A program made the position numbers and the translations under genes. Shown piece after piece: positions 11,864 to 24,789 of a stretch of 64,000 nt of DNA (its first letter is position 1; the number at the start of each line of letters is the position of its first letter). This stretch comes from the human T2T-CHM13v2.0 reference genome, Homo sapiens: the NCBI RefSeq assembly GCF_009914755.1, contig NC_060927.1; one strand, written 5' to 3'. Below the pieces are notes generated by a model. The model worked only from the letters and a program-made list of their open reading frames with translations. It was not told the origin of the DNA and made no database searches.

Positions 11864-11961
11864 CTAGAACCCAGAGTCTCTCAAGTATTTTGCCATTGAG
11901 TATGCCTTCTTATTCAATCCGCCTCCATGGACCCCTTCTTTTCCCATTACAAAGACCAAGA
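11864..11961 (-). CDS. PFN2: PFN2 terminal coding segment, isoform IIa
   Basis: Acceptor tttcag| at 11962-11963; (V)[31 protein letters not shown] then TAG; 98 nt; 132+193+98=423 nt = 140 aa. Confidence 0.96.
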
Positions 11962-13732
11962 CTGAAAGAGAAAGAAGAAAAGTGTTTCAAAAGAAGTGTT
12001 AATCAAGAAAGTCACATAAGTTTTAGCAGACAGAACCCGGATTAATAAGTTAACATTAAGTTAGTTTTCCATGAACTGCCAAGCACTGAAGTCAAGTAGG
12101 TTTCCAAAAAGAACTTTCAAACTAGTAATATACTAAACAGAAAATAGTAAACTTGACTGCATCTTGGAAGCCAATCAATGCAAGCAAAAGTTCTATACAA
12201 CTATCTTTACACTAGCTACAGAAAAAAAAAAAAGTGACCATTTGTCTTCTATTTTAGGGCAAAAAAATTCTGGCTGATGTCAAGTACATGTTATTACTTG
12301 CCCCCAAAATATAAACTTAATAAACCTGGGGAGTTACTTACTTACAAACTCTCCCCAAATTTTAACATGCTTGATAAGTTTAAACTATTAAGTTTTACCA
12401 GTGAGGCTAAATGTATCTATTATTTCCAGAGGAAAATGAAGATCAAATTTTAAGTAGCATACTCAGTATCATTCAGAAAAGGCCAAATTAAATTATTTAA
12501 GGTGTTTGCTTACTGATAACTTCACCGTAGTAGCCTTGTTTTTAATTGCGTCTAAAAAAATAGGTTTACGATTTCTAATTGCTCTTCTATGATGCAATTC
12601 AAAGGTGTATAACCCAAAATATATGTATATGTCAAATTTTATATTCACTACCACTAGATGTCAGTAGTGCTGTATCGTATAAAATATTCTGGTTTTTTGT
12701 CTTGTGTTTGACGCTTCTTTTCAGCATATAGTGCAGCTAAGGTTTAAAGAGATTTGTCACTATTTCAAAGTCATCTAATTTTCTTATAAATCCTTATAAA
12801 CATCAACTCACACCAGAATAGGAGTAACTTTTAGGATAATCACAGGGAGCTGGTAGAGCCATAGCATTAATTATAACTCACAGCAGCTTCAACTCCCCTC
12901 ACATGGTAGAGCTGTTATTAAAATTAGATGTGCCAAGTCAGCTATGTGAGGCTACAGAAGCACTCTCTATTTACAAAATATTCGTATGCGTTAACACATT
13001 AAAATGTATTTGTAAATCAATTAGATGTCATAATAAAACTCAATTTCAAAAGTTTATTTTGAAAAAGTAGGGAGACTTCTTTAGTGCAATTAAGAGTTTC
13101 TATAATGCTGACAACAGTCTGGAGACACCTGAATTTCTGGACCAAGTATACAAACTAAATGTAATTTCCTACTTTTCAAATCTAAGTCTCAGACACAATC
13201 TTTGAAAATATTTCAGTGAATGGACAACTTACTCCAAAATCCTCATCTAATTATCTTTTCCCCAGCAAAGTTCCTAACTGAAAAATGAACGGATGTTAAT
13301 TTTTCCTTCTTTATGCTGAGTAGTGAAATGGTTAGAATACAAGCAAGAAAAAAAAGAAAAGAGATCCAAAGGTCAAACACACACCAAAAGGGACTAAAAT
13401 AACCAAGTGATTCGAACAATTTAACAATCTGAAACACCACAGGATTATGATTTGACATGTCAAGCAGTTTAAGAGACTTTTAAGTTTAATAAAGCTGAAA
13501 GTGAGTTCATACGAATATTCTATCGTAGAAACAAAATCAGGATCTAAGAGGCCAGGTCATAGATGCTGTAGAGTAGGTAAAACTAAAGCAGTGCTTCTCC
13601 ATAGTGCTGGGCAGTTCACAAAAACCACCTTAATAGCCATTATGGACTAACTTTTATTCAAAACGTTAAAAGAAACTGCTTAATAAGTTGTAATGTGGCA
13701 TGCAACTTTAACCAAAAGAATGCCTTACTCAC

Positions 13733-13925
13733 CTCTACCAGCTCTGCCGACAGCCACATTGTATGTTGGCTCCCCACCTTGACTCTTTGTCCGGATGTCC
13801 ATTGTGCAGTCACCATCGACGTATAGACTATCTCTGATCACTGAGCATTTCTTCGCGCCAAGAGTCAAACCGTTGGTAAAGAAACCTTCCCGGTCTTTTC
13901 CTACAATCATATCTATTTCTATTGG
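13733..13925 (-). CDS. PFN2: PFN2 exon 2
   Basis: Acceptor cag| at 13926-13927, donor |gtgagt at 13732; 193 nt; [32 protein letters not shown]...AVGRAGR. Confidence 0.97.
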
Positions 13926-16098
13926 CTGCCCCCCACCAAAAAGAAAAAAAAAAAAACACACACATTAAGTTGTAGTTAACTCCTTTTAGGGCTTGATGTA
14001 ACAGGAAGGGCTGTAGCTAGGCTTATGCTACCACTGCCAGATAGCCACATTTCACTAATGTAAAACCAAGATTCAGTCTTTTCTAAATAATTACTTAATC
14101 CTATATAATCACATATTTTACATGAGTTGATTTGACTTCAGTTAATGATGTCGTCTCTTAACCAAGACCAGTCTATACAAAGAAACTGTAAAGAGTTGAC
14201 AGTTGACACTAGACAAAGTGCAAACTTAAAGAGTTATTTATAAACTGTATTAAGTCAGCTGGTGCCTGAAAGTGTTCACGTAATGGTAAAAATTCAGCTA
14301 TCAACTCTGAACAAAGCTGGTCTATCATATTCAGTCCCATTACAGTAAATCATGTTTCATCAAATTTAAAGTTGCTTCAAAGTCTCCCAAAATAAAGCCT
14401 GTTCTTTGATGTGTTCACTTCTCTGCTTAGAGTAACTAGAAATATACGTGATGAGATGGACTTCAACCCCTGGACATCAGTGCTTTTCCAAATTCATATT
14501 TCCCTCCTATTTTTCTAGCCACGACTCCCGTTTCTTTCCAACTTCCCTTCCCCTCCCATCTCAGTAATCAGTTTTCTTTCTGGGCAAACGCAAAGTGGAT
14601 TCTGTCTACAGCACTGCGGTAGGCAATAGTAAAACAGAAAAAATGGAGGGAGATTGGGAAAGAAACTGAGGTAGCCACCAGAACCGGAAAGGAGAAAACG
14701 TGCATTCTAACATTCCATGAATAAGAAGGAAGGCGTCGCCCCCATCAGAACTGCAGAGTCATAGCAGGCCCCAGCCATTTCCAAGCACACTCCCGCAATC
14801 TTCCTAGTCAGACAGCGGGAACTCACACACAAAGACAAGAGGACTGCAGGAAAAAAGTTGATGACCAGATGCCAATTCCCTACAAGAATTGTAGTCCACT
14901 GCGGGTATACGAGACCTTAAAGTACTACTATCAAGGACTGAGTTCTAAAGTTAGACTTTAAACCATGTTAAGTGGTAAAAGAATAATTAGCACCCTTAAT
15001 AGGGGACCTGAATTTTGGTGCTTAATGGAAAGGGAGCGTGGTGCTAAGAAATAAAGAGAATGGTCTCGTATTTAGTACAATTATCATAATTTTAGAAACA
15101 GCCTTGGGCAGAAACAGGCAAAACAATAAGCTGGAGGTTTTGTGGCAAATATTCTCCAAACATATTGCAACCAACTCAAAACCATCAAGTCTCAAGAAAA
15201 TCAGGCAATGTGAAGCATAAAACTGCATTAGTTCCTTTACTGCCACCACTAAAGAGGGAGGGACTTAGAGAAGTGAAGTGTGCTCCTGGTCTTCGCAGAT
15301 AATTGAAAGCCCCCGAAAAGCACCCCTTTTTTGAGCTATGTTGCATAACTGGGGATAACCGTATATCGATGAATCTCCATATGAGAAGAGAAATCAATGG
15401 CAGTTCGCCATCTTGGAGAATTTAAAAAAAAAAAAAAAACAACCTATAGAGCTAGAGCTGAAGTCGAGATTCACGAATCCACCTACGCGGTCGGCGTACA
15501 TCTCTCGCAAGCCCCAGAGGCCTGGACATCGGTAAACCTACGCAAAGTCGCTTCGAGAATCCCGGGGGCCGGGCCGGGGCCGCCGCCTCCCACAGCCGGA
15601 GGCGCGGGAGGCGCGCTGTCCGCGGAGCAAGAGCCGGCCAGAGAGCCTAGGGACCTCCACCCGGGGCCCGCGCGCCCCAGCCCGGATCCCCGACCCCCGC
15701 TTCCACCCCAGAACGTGCATAGCAAACCTCAGGGCTTCAAGAGAACCTAGGGGAACCGCACTAGGAGGAAAAAAGGAACCCCTCCCCTTGCCCTGGCCGG
15801 TGCGTGCCCCCTCCCCCAACCCGGGCACCTGGACCGACGCTGGGAACGCCGGGGGCGCCCGGCCAGGGCCAGCAAGGAGTCCGGCCGCCGCCCCCAGCCT
15901 GTCAGCGCAGCCCCGGGTGAGGGGGCGTCCCCGGGCCTCGGCCTCCCCGCCCGCCCGGCAGCCGCATCCTCGGCGCCCGCTGCCTAGCACACCTGCGGGC
16001 TCGGCCCTCAGTGTTCCAGCCCCGCGCTGCGGTGCCCCCGCGGCCGGCCACCCCGCTCCGGTGCAGGGACCAGGGTACCGGCCGCCACTGGTCCTCAC

Positions 16099-16230
16099 CG
16101 TAATGCTCTGAAAGACGCCCCCGGCCGTGGCTGCCCAGACGTATTTGGCGTCGCAGTAGCCGACAATGGCGGCCTCCTGGCAGCAGCCATCGCACATCAG
16201 GTTATCCACGTAGCTCTGCCAACCGGCCAT
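16099..16230 (-). CDS. PFN2: PFN2 exon 1 coding part (profilin-2 N-terminus)
   Basis: ATG at 16230 in good Kozak context (AAGATGG); [44 protein letters not shown]; donor |gtgagg at 16098. Confidence 0.98.
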
Positions 16231-16278
16231 CTTCGAGCCCTTCGCACTGCAGCGCGGACGGCGAGGAGCAGCAGGCGC

Positions 16279-16312
16279 AGCGGCGGCGGCGGCGGTAGCG
16301 GGCGGCGGCGGC
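16279..16312 (-). repeat. Interrupted (GCC)n repeat in the PFN2 5' region
   Basis: Plus strand agcggcggcggcggcggtagcgggcggcggcggc. Confidence 0.8.
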
Positions 16313-18617
16313 GCGGGGGGAGGCGGGGCGGGGGCGGGGAGGAGGCGGCTCTGCGCAGGCACCGACCGCCCCCCTCCCCGAGGAGCTGCGGCGGGAGGAC
16401 GCGGGTTCAGCGATGAGGGACGAACCTCAGAGCGCGCTCGGCCGCCCGGCCGCCCGCAGCCGCGGGGCTGACAAACCAGCGGCGGGAGGCTGCGAAGCGG
16501 CTGTGCCTGTGGCGGCTGCTCCTTACCGCAGCGCCCTCCGTTTTCCGCGGACACGGCTGGGCGTGCGCGCGCGCGTGCGTGCGATCCTTCCGCGGCGCCC
16601 GGGCACGGAGGGTCCCGGGAAGGGCGGGGGGAGACTGAGGCGGGGGCGCGGAGGGATACCGCCCCGGGACAATCACGGCCGCCACGTGCGGGAGGCGCCG
16701 GCCGGGAGCGGTGGCGGGCCGAGCTTCGGACCTCGGGCCGGCGGAGAGGGTGGACCCCGCGTCGCTCTCGGCACCCCAGGAACAGCGGCGGCACGGACGC
16801 CTTGGAGCCCCGCGGCCGGGCCGCGATGTGCTTTTCTCCTGTGTTCGCTGCCCGGGATGCGGAATCTTGAGCCTCGGTGTCGGGTTACAGAGTTGTCCTG
16901 GTGACGGGATGCGGAGCGTTTCCTCCTTTTTGTTGTGGGGGCGGCTGGTGGCAGGGGCAGCTGGTGGCAGGGTTGCCCACGCTAATCTCCGAGTCTCTAA
17001 GGGCACCGTCTTTCCTGGATCCCTCTTGCGCCTCGTCCATAAAGGCAGACCCGCGGGCGCGCGCCGGCAACCTGAAATCAGAGCAGGCGTCCGTGGCGCT
17101 CAGGAACCTTGCTGAGCTTCGCCGATCTTTCATTGTTGCTTCATTTGGGTACCAAGGGCCTCTCATTCTGTGGATTCTTTGCCTGGAGGAGCCCCCTTAA
17201 TGTTGCTAATCACGTGTGGTTAAATTGCTCGTAAATTCCGAACAAAACAAATAGCGACCTGTGTTACACTGTTTCTTGGTAACTGGGAAAGTTACTGGTG
17301 GCTTGAAGTATACGCAGAAAATACAAAGATTAAAAACTAGGGAAGAGTTCACTGAATGAACACCGTAACATTTCTGCTCTGCAGGGTAAAATAATTTCGG
17401 GACCCAGGTCTGGGAAAGATTTGTATTAACAAGGTAAACGGTGGGTAGAGTGCCTGAGAAGCTATTCGTATCGTCTTTGGTAGCCTCTGGGCACTAGGAC
17501 TAGACATGGAATTAGGGGTCCCCCAACAATGACTTCAATTTTAGGTTAATAGAAACCATCTGCCAGTTAAGGGAAAGAAAGCACCAAAATGTAGATAAGT
17601 TGATGTTCACCCTTAAAGTTATCGTGTGAGGTCATGATTTGTAGGAGGATTAAGGAATGTATCTCTGGAAAGGGCAAGAACGTTGCTTTTAAAAGTCTAA
17701 TTGGTTCTGAAGTTTTATATTTTTTCTGCTGATTGCTTTAAAATGTTCAGCTACTAGAGAGAAAAAAAGTACAGTAAAAGAAACCCCCAAGTCAGAGACC
17801 TATCAGACTGAGAATATGTATTTTCTCATGTTCTAAAGATACAGAATACCTGTGTGGTGTAAAATGTGAACCAAAAATTGTTTCATTTTTGTAAGTGTGC
17901 CTCCCACCTGATTTAATTACACTTAATTGTTCTTGTTTATGACTCTGCCTTTTATGGTGATGTTGATCATTTTAGTCCTTCGATCATAGCACTGTATCAT
18001 CTTAAAAGTTAATAATAGATTACTTGTAACACAGGCTCACTATGTGAGAATTCATCAAGCTGTATGTACATTTATTATTGTGCTCTTCATTGTATGTATA
18101 ATTCAATAAATTGAAACAGTAAACGAAAAGGTAATTATAGAAAAAATACAGTGATAACTTGAAGTATGTTGAATTTTTATTAATTTACTCTGAAGGTTTT
18201 AAGATATAATTTCTAGACGTTACTATCTTATTGTTATAGCACAGAGTTGGAAATAACTACATTCTTTTCCTATTCTTTTATTGTTGGCTTTAAACAGTGA
18301 AAGAATTTGACCAACAATATTTTCTAATTCAAATCTCAAAAGATTCTAAAACACATTTCTTGGGTAAAATATTCACAAAAATTTAGAATTCTTGTCATTC
18401 TTCTATATTTTTCAAAATATAATTCATTTTAAATTACTGCTTACTTTTCCAACATGATGTTATTTTTCTAGAATTGCAAACAGTAAAATTTAAACAACTA
18501 TGAAAAAAATTCTGTATAATAGATTAAATTTTACAGTTTCAATTTTTAGGTTATATATTCAAAGAGAGTCCATGTGCTGTCTTGGTTTTCAGTACTGTAA
18601 TAAAGTAACCTGTGCTT

Positions 18618-18932
<315 letters not shown>

Positions 18933-19729
18933 TAGAACCAGCTTCCTTGCATGCTGCTTTATTTTCCATTTGTGTACAGTGATCCCTTCCTATTTCATCT
19001 AAGTGTTGCTTATACGTTTCAGAAAGTATAAATAGAGGTGGAATACTGAGCTTTAGTAATAACAATATTGGTTCACTTAAGTCCAAAGGAGTATCAGTGT
19101 GAGAAAAAGAATTGCCAATTTGTATCTTCCTCTACTTTTCTGAGAGTAAGTAATCCCTAGGATAATTGTAATATCTGGGCAGAAGTTTAGAAAAGTTGTG
19201 GCTGTGTTGTTGATACAAATAGCCAGAATAATGTAGCCATTAACAATCAGTAGCATATTTAAGTTTGGAGTGCATTATTATGCATTCTTTCCAGAATTAT
19301 TTTATTCTTATTGAGTAAAGCAGAAACTGTGTAGTAAGCCACGTTCTTTAATGTGTAAGTCAAGTGGTGTCTGAACCACTTGAGTCCATGTAAAAATCAT
19401 TTGAAATTTTAGCAAAACACAAACAAGAAATTATCTTTAAAATGTACACAACCTGATAATCATTGGGAGCAGGATCTAAAACTATACACAGTAATTACCC
19501 CCAAATTTAGTAAAACCATAATTAACCATCAGTTATTTAAAAATTTCACCGCATAGTTCATTTCTGAAAAAAGTATATGAATTATAAAATCAATATCACA
19601 GCAATAAAGTTTAGAAAATGGAGAAAAATCCTTAATCCCACAAGCTAATACAAATATCTTTTGAATGTATTCACTATGTATGATTTTTACAGTAAAGAAC
19701 AAGGAGAACTTATAATTCTGCATTTGGCC

Positions 19730-21900
19730 ATTTTACCCTGAAATTCTATGAATTTTTGCTTTTTATATTTTGAGGCTATTAGGAAAATGGAAATTTAAAT
19801 TGTTATATTTTTCCTTTCTGATGAATTTATTCTTTATTATTTAGTAGTTGCCCTCTTGATCACCAATACTGCTTTTTGTCTTAAAATTTTTGTCAAATAT
19901 TAAGGTAACATCCCAGCTCTCTTTTTATTGGTGTTTACCTTATATATCTTTTCGCTCCCCACCTCTCTTTCAACCTTTCTCTGTCCTTTTTATTTTGTGT
20001 CTCATAAACTTCACGCAGCTGGATTTTGTTTTTTTATCCAATATGGCAGTATAACCTTTAATTGGCAAGTTTATTCCATTTACATTCATTGTAATTATTG
20101 ACATACATTTGGACTTGTTTGAACTAATTTTATTAGTCTCTTTTTTTTTCTATGCTTTTTTCTTCCTTGCCTTTAAAAAAAATGTCAGGCATGTGTGTTT
20201 TATTCTTTTTTTTTTTCAAATTTATGCTACCAATTTTTCTTAGTGTTACCCTTAAATTTTTGCCTTGCATATTTAATACAATAAAGTTTTAAGTTAAATA
20301 TCTTAAACACTACCCCTAGACAATCCAAAAACCTTAGAATGTTTTAAGTCTGGACACCTCTCTCCAGACTCTTACACAGATGTTTATGTATGTGTGTATA
20401 TATATGTACTTACATGTTTGTATTTTATTTACTTACTATTCCTTTTCATATCTCAGATCATTCTATGATCATTTTTCTTTCTAAAGTACATCTTTTAGAA
20501 GTTCCTTTAATAGCAGTCTGTTGGTGAGAAACTATGTTTATCTGAAAATGTATTTATATCACTTTCATCCTCTGACAATGGGTTGGATCTACAATGCAAA
20601 ATGGACACTTTGAAGATGTTATTCCATTTCATTTTGGTTTTTGTCACTGCTGTTGTATCATATGGATGATTTGTCTCTTTTCCTCTGGCTACTTTGGAAC
20701 CTTTTTGTGTTTGCTCTTCTACAGTTTCACTATGATGTGTCTACATTTGGGTTTCTTTTATTCTACTTAGGAAAATAGATTTATATTTATCATCACTTCT
20801 GTAAAAATCTCAATTACTATCTCTTCAATTAATTCCTTTTTCTCAGTTCTCTTTACTGTCTTAGAGTTCAGAATACATATGTTTCTGTTTCCTCTTCTGT
20901 TCTCCGTATCTCTTAACTTCTTTCATCTTTTTCATCTTACTACTCTCTGTGCTCTATTCTGGGTAATTTCCTCAGATGTGTATTCCATATCACTGTTCAA
21001 CTATGTTTCATCTGTTGATAAACCCATACATTGAGACTTTTTTAATTTCTAAAAGTCTATTTTTCATTTTAGAAGTTCCATTTTATTGTTATGCGTATCT
21101 TCCCAGTTATTCCTGATACTCTTGTATTCCTTCCCGATCTTTGTGGTTCCATACTTCATTTCTTTAAATGTTTCTTACCTACTTATTTTGTACTCTGTAT
21201 CTGTATCTCAGTAGTCAGTATTAAACGAGGCTTTTAAAATCTTTTGTTTTTGCCCAATGAAACCATTCCAATATATAAACAAGTTGTATGTTGTTTTTCA
21301 TCTACCTCACCCATAGTGGCTTGCCTCCTTGTATGCTTGGTGATCTTAAAGATTGTGAATGATATTTCATTGATCTTAATATGTAGGAAATTTAATGGCC
21401 TAAAGTGTGGAGACTTTTCTTCAAAAACAGTTTGTATCTGCTTCTACTATATGTCCAGGGTGCTAAGCAACCTGGGGGCACTTTAACCCTTTCTCTGGTG
21501 CCCCCTAAAGGCAGGAGTATCTGATTCAGCTCCTCACATAGTTGCCATTTGCATCTGCACTCAGACTAGCCCCATTTTTCCTGGTTACATACAGACTTCA
21601 GCTCTGCTTTCTGCTCAAGATTTGTTTCCCTTTATTTGGCAGGAAAAGGGTATTTTGAAGATGTCTCTAATAATTTCTGTATGAGGATTTCAGTTTCTCC
21701 ACATATGCACCAACAGTTGATATTGTGTGTCTTTTTAATTTTAAACATTTTGCTAGTTGTATTATGGTATTTAATTATGGCTTTAATTTGCATATTTCCA
21801 ATGACAAAGGTGAGCATCTTTTTCTTGTTGTTAGTCATTTAGATACTTTTTTGTGAAGTGCTTGTGCAAATCTTTTGCTACATATTTTTCATTGTTAATG
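19730..21900 (-). mobile_element. Old L1M fragments
   Basis: T-rich antisense L1 motifs (ttccatttacattcattgtaattattgac; ctttaatttgcatatttcc). Confidence 0.6.
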
Positions 21901-23879
21901 ACTGTGCAGTAGTCCATCAAGTGGCTGTATCATAAGTTATCATTTCTTATTGAAATATCAGGTAAGTTGAGAAAAAATAACCAAAAAAAAACTTCTTTAT
22001 GATCTGTGTGGTGGTGAACTTTGAATTGTGTGGAAATGGATGAAATACATTCTTTTAAATGTCTGATGGCAAGATTTAAAATATGAAGTGTGGCACTTAA
22101 TTCAGTTAATCAAATGTGATAGACATTGCTGGTTTGCCTATCCAGTATGTACTCTTCTTCCTTGCTAACAGAATCTTGAATTTGCTTGAGATAATAGTAA
22201 ATAATTTAAAATACCTCCATAAATGCCCTTCCAGCTAGGGTGGTCATCTAGTCCATTGGCCAATAAACTAGATCAAAAGCTACTTCATGGAAAGCTATTT
22301 TTTCCTTGATACCTATATCTTTCTGTAAAGGACTGCTCAGCTGGCATAAGCTTTCTACTTTTAACCTGTCTTTTCTCTTGTCCAGATTGTGATTCAGTGT
22401 CAAAGTGGGGCAGTCATTCGTAAGTGCTGAGCATTGTGGAGCAGGAGGGGAAAGGGGCCTGTTCTCTCAAGGACCTTCACTATCCATTCATTTCCTACCC
22501 CCAGACTCTTGTTAGATTGGGTAAATAAACTCCTTACTTGGTTAAAGTACTGTAATCAGCCTGTGTTAAGTGCAACCAGACCCTGCTCTAACCAGAATAT
22601 CCATTTTGCTATCCCACTTCAGGTCTCTAAGCATTCTAGTTTATCCAGTTTTGCTTTTCCATAATGAGTTAAGCTCTTGAGGAAATGCTTTACATCTATT
22701 GCATCCCTATTGTAATAATGACTGAATTAGCCATATCATAGAAAATTGCTCTACTGTTTGTTTTTTTTTTTTTGGCAATAATACATTAAATAGTGCCCTA
22801 GAGGCTTCAACGATTTCGTGTACCTCCCTAAATATCACATTAGCTGACAGAAAATTCCTTATGAGTTATGACTCATTTTTTCTGATTTGATGCAGAAAAG
22901 AGAATTCTGGAAGCACATGTAGAGCATTTCATTCCAAGTTATATGTGAACTTGAGAGATGTTTTTTGTAGAATTCCAAGGATAAAGGCACAAAGCCTACA
23001 AAAACATTGGCCATCTTGTTATCTGATATGAGAGAAATGCAGGCAATCCATCAAAACACCCCCCAAAGAGATTACATGTCTAATTTTTCTTCATCTCAGT
23101 CCCAGAGGACAAATAATAAAATTTAATTAAGTAGCTGTTTCCCCCAAAAAACTATTAAATGAGGCTTTTAAAATCTTTTATTTTTACCCAATGAAACTCA
23201 GATATCACTTCTGGGAAAAATTCTTTCTGGGTTCACAAACATACTGACAGAGAACTAAAAGGAAAGTGTAAATTGAGCAATGGCTGTGTTCCATTTACAA
23301 GCATTTTAAAAGTGAATGTCAAATATATAGATGTCTAAATCATTTGATTTTCAAAGAATGTAAACTTCACCACCACCAGCTACAGCACCCGCATTCTTAT
23401 TGAGAAATTTATATTAGGTAGCTAATTATGCACATAATAAGACTGTCAAAGATCATGTTGACACCTTATCCCACTTTACCATTTCAGGCTGATCCAAACT
23501 CATAATATGAATAGATGGACATTGACCAAAGAGACCAGCAGCAGAACAAAAGCATAAACAAACATGAGAGTAGGCTAATTTTACCAACCTGAGGTCAAAA
23601 GTAAGTATTTTTAGAAGTAAGTGAGTAACTAGATGAAGTAGATGATGAAGGTGGTATGCAGGACTGTTAATAACTGAAATTCCAAATAGAATCCAGGGAG
23701 GTTAAAGTGAAACACTTTCAATACGATGCCTTTATGTTGTAGAGGTTAGACTCACTTGATGACTTACGTGGCTTGTTTTCAAGACCTCTTGAACAAAATA
23801 TTTAATTGGAACAATTTATTTGCTATCAGTTCTTTTAGTGGATAGTAGATATTCCTGGTAATATTTACATTTTTCAAGT

Positions 23880-23968
23880 CATATAACAAGTATTGAGCTC
23901 TTGCTCTTGTTACATATAACAAGTATTGTAGCTCTTGTTACAGGTAACAAGTGTTGCAGCTCTTGCTA
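23880..23968. repeat. Three-copy ~28-bp tandem repeat with internally palindromic unit
   Basis: Unit catataacaagtattgtagctcttgtta; taacaag...cttgtta arms. Confidence 0.85.
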
Positions 23969-24396
23969 CCGCTGTACTTGTTGGTATGTATTAAGGATAA
24001 CATTTGTTAAAAAGGCCCTTGCCCTCTGATTTAAAGTCAGGCAGGAAAGTAATGCATGCAAAGCACGTGAGCAATGTGGTCTGGCTGTAGAGTATGTGAG
24101 AGGCAAACAAGGATATGAACTAATTATATTACCATTAGATCACAAAATCAGGTGGTAAACACTCTAGAAGGGCAGAGATGGTGAAAATTAATGGAGGCTG
24201 GAGTTATAAGAAACTAATAAAACAATGTTTCATAGAAAAGACCCAAGTACTGTTAGACCTTAAGGAATGGGTAGAACTGAAGTTTGGTTTTCAAAATCAT
24301 AGAGACAGCATAAGCCACTGATTCCCCCTTCCACTAGAAAAAGCAGCCCACAGAATGAGAGAAGATATTTGCAACACATACATCTGACAAAGTACT

Positions 24397-24782
24397 TCAT
24401 ATGGTTTGGCTCTGTGTCCCCACCCAAATCTCATGTTGAATTGTAATCCTCACATGTCAGGGGCAGGGCCTTGTGGAAGATGACTGAATCATGGGGTGGA
24501 CTCCCTGCCTTGCTTTTCTTGTGATAGAGTTCTCATGAGATCTGGTCGTTTGAAAGCATGTACCACTTCCCTCTTCGCTCACTCTCTCCCTCCCGCTCCA
24601 CCATGTGAAGATTGTGCCTGCTTCTCCTTCACCTTCTGCCATGATTGTAAATTTCCTGAGGCCTCCCCAGCCATGCCTCCTGTACAGAGACTGTGGAACT
24701 GTGAGTCAATTAAACCTCTTTTCTTTATGAACTACTGAGTGTCAGGTAGTTCTTTATAGCAGTGTGAGAACAGACTAATATA
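24397..24782. mobile_element. MST/THE1-type MaLR solo LTR
   Basis: atatggtttggctctgtgtccccacccaaatctc...gagaacagactaata; 5-bp TSD gtact. Confidence 0.9.
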
Positions 24783-24789
24783 GTACTCG

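Larger units (their letters stand above)
15480..17125. promoter_or_regulatory. PFN2: CpG island / PFN2 promoter and first exon
   Basis: Very high GC and CpG density; GC boxes (GGGCGG) around 16320-16340; E-box CACGTG at 16683-16688. Confidence 0.93.

Noticed and set aside
16279-16312. GCC repeat as an expanded allele
   Set aside because: Short (about 5+4 units) and interrupted in this sequence.
15538-16794. 418-aa minus-strand ORF as a separate gene
   Set aside because: Starts at GTG; it is PFN2 exon 1 flanked by GC-rich promoter and intron read-through, where stops are naturally scarce.
15397-17200. Many overlapping Pro/Arg/Gly-rich ORFs on both strands
   Set aside because: Expected artefact of a CpG island; no recognisable domains.
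23880-23968. CRISPR-like palindromic repeats
   Set aside because: Units are head-to-tail with no unique spacers, there are no cas genes, and the context is mammalian.
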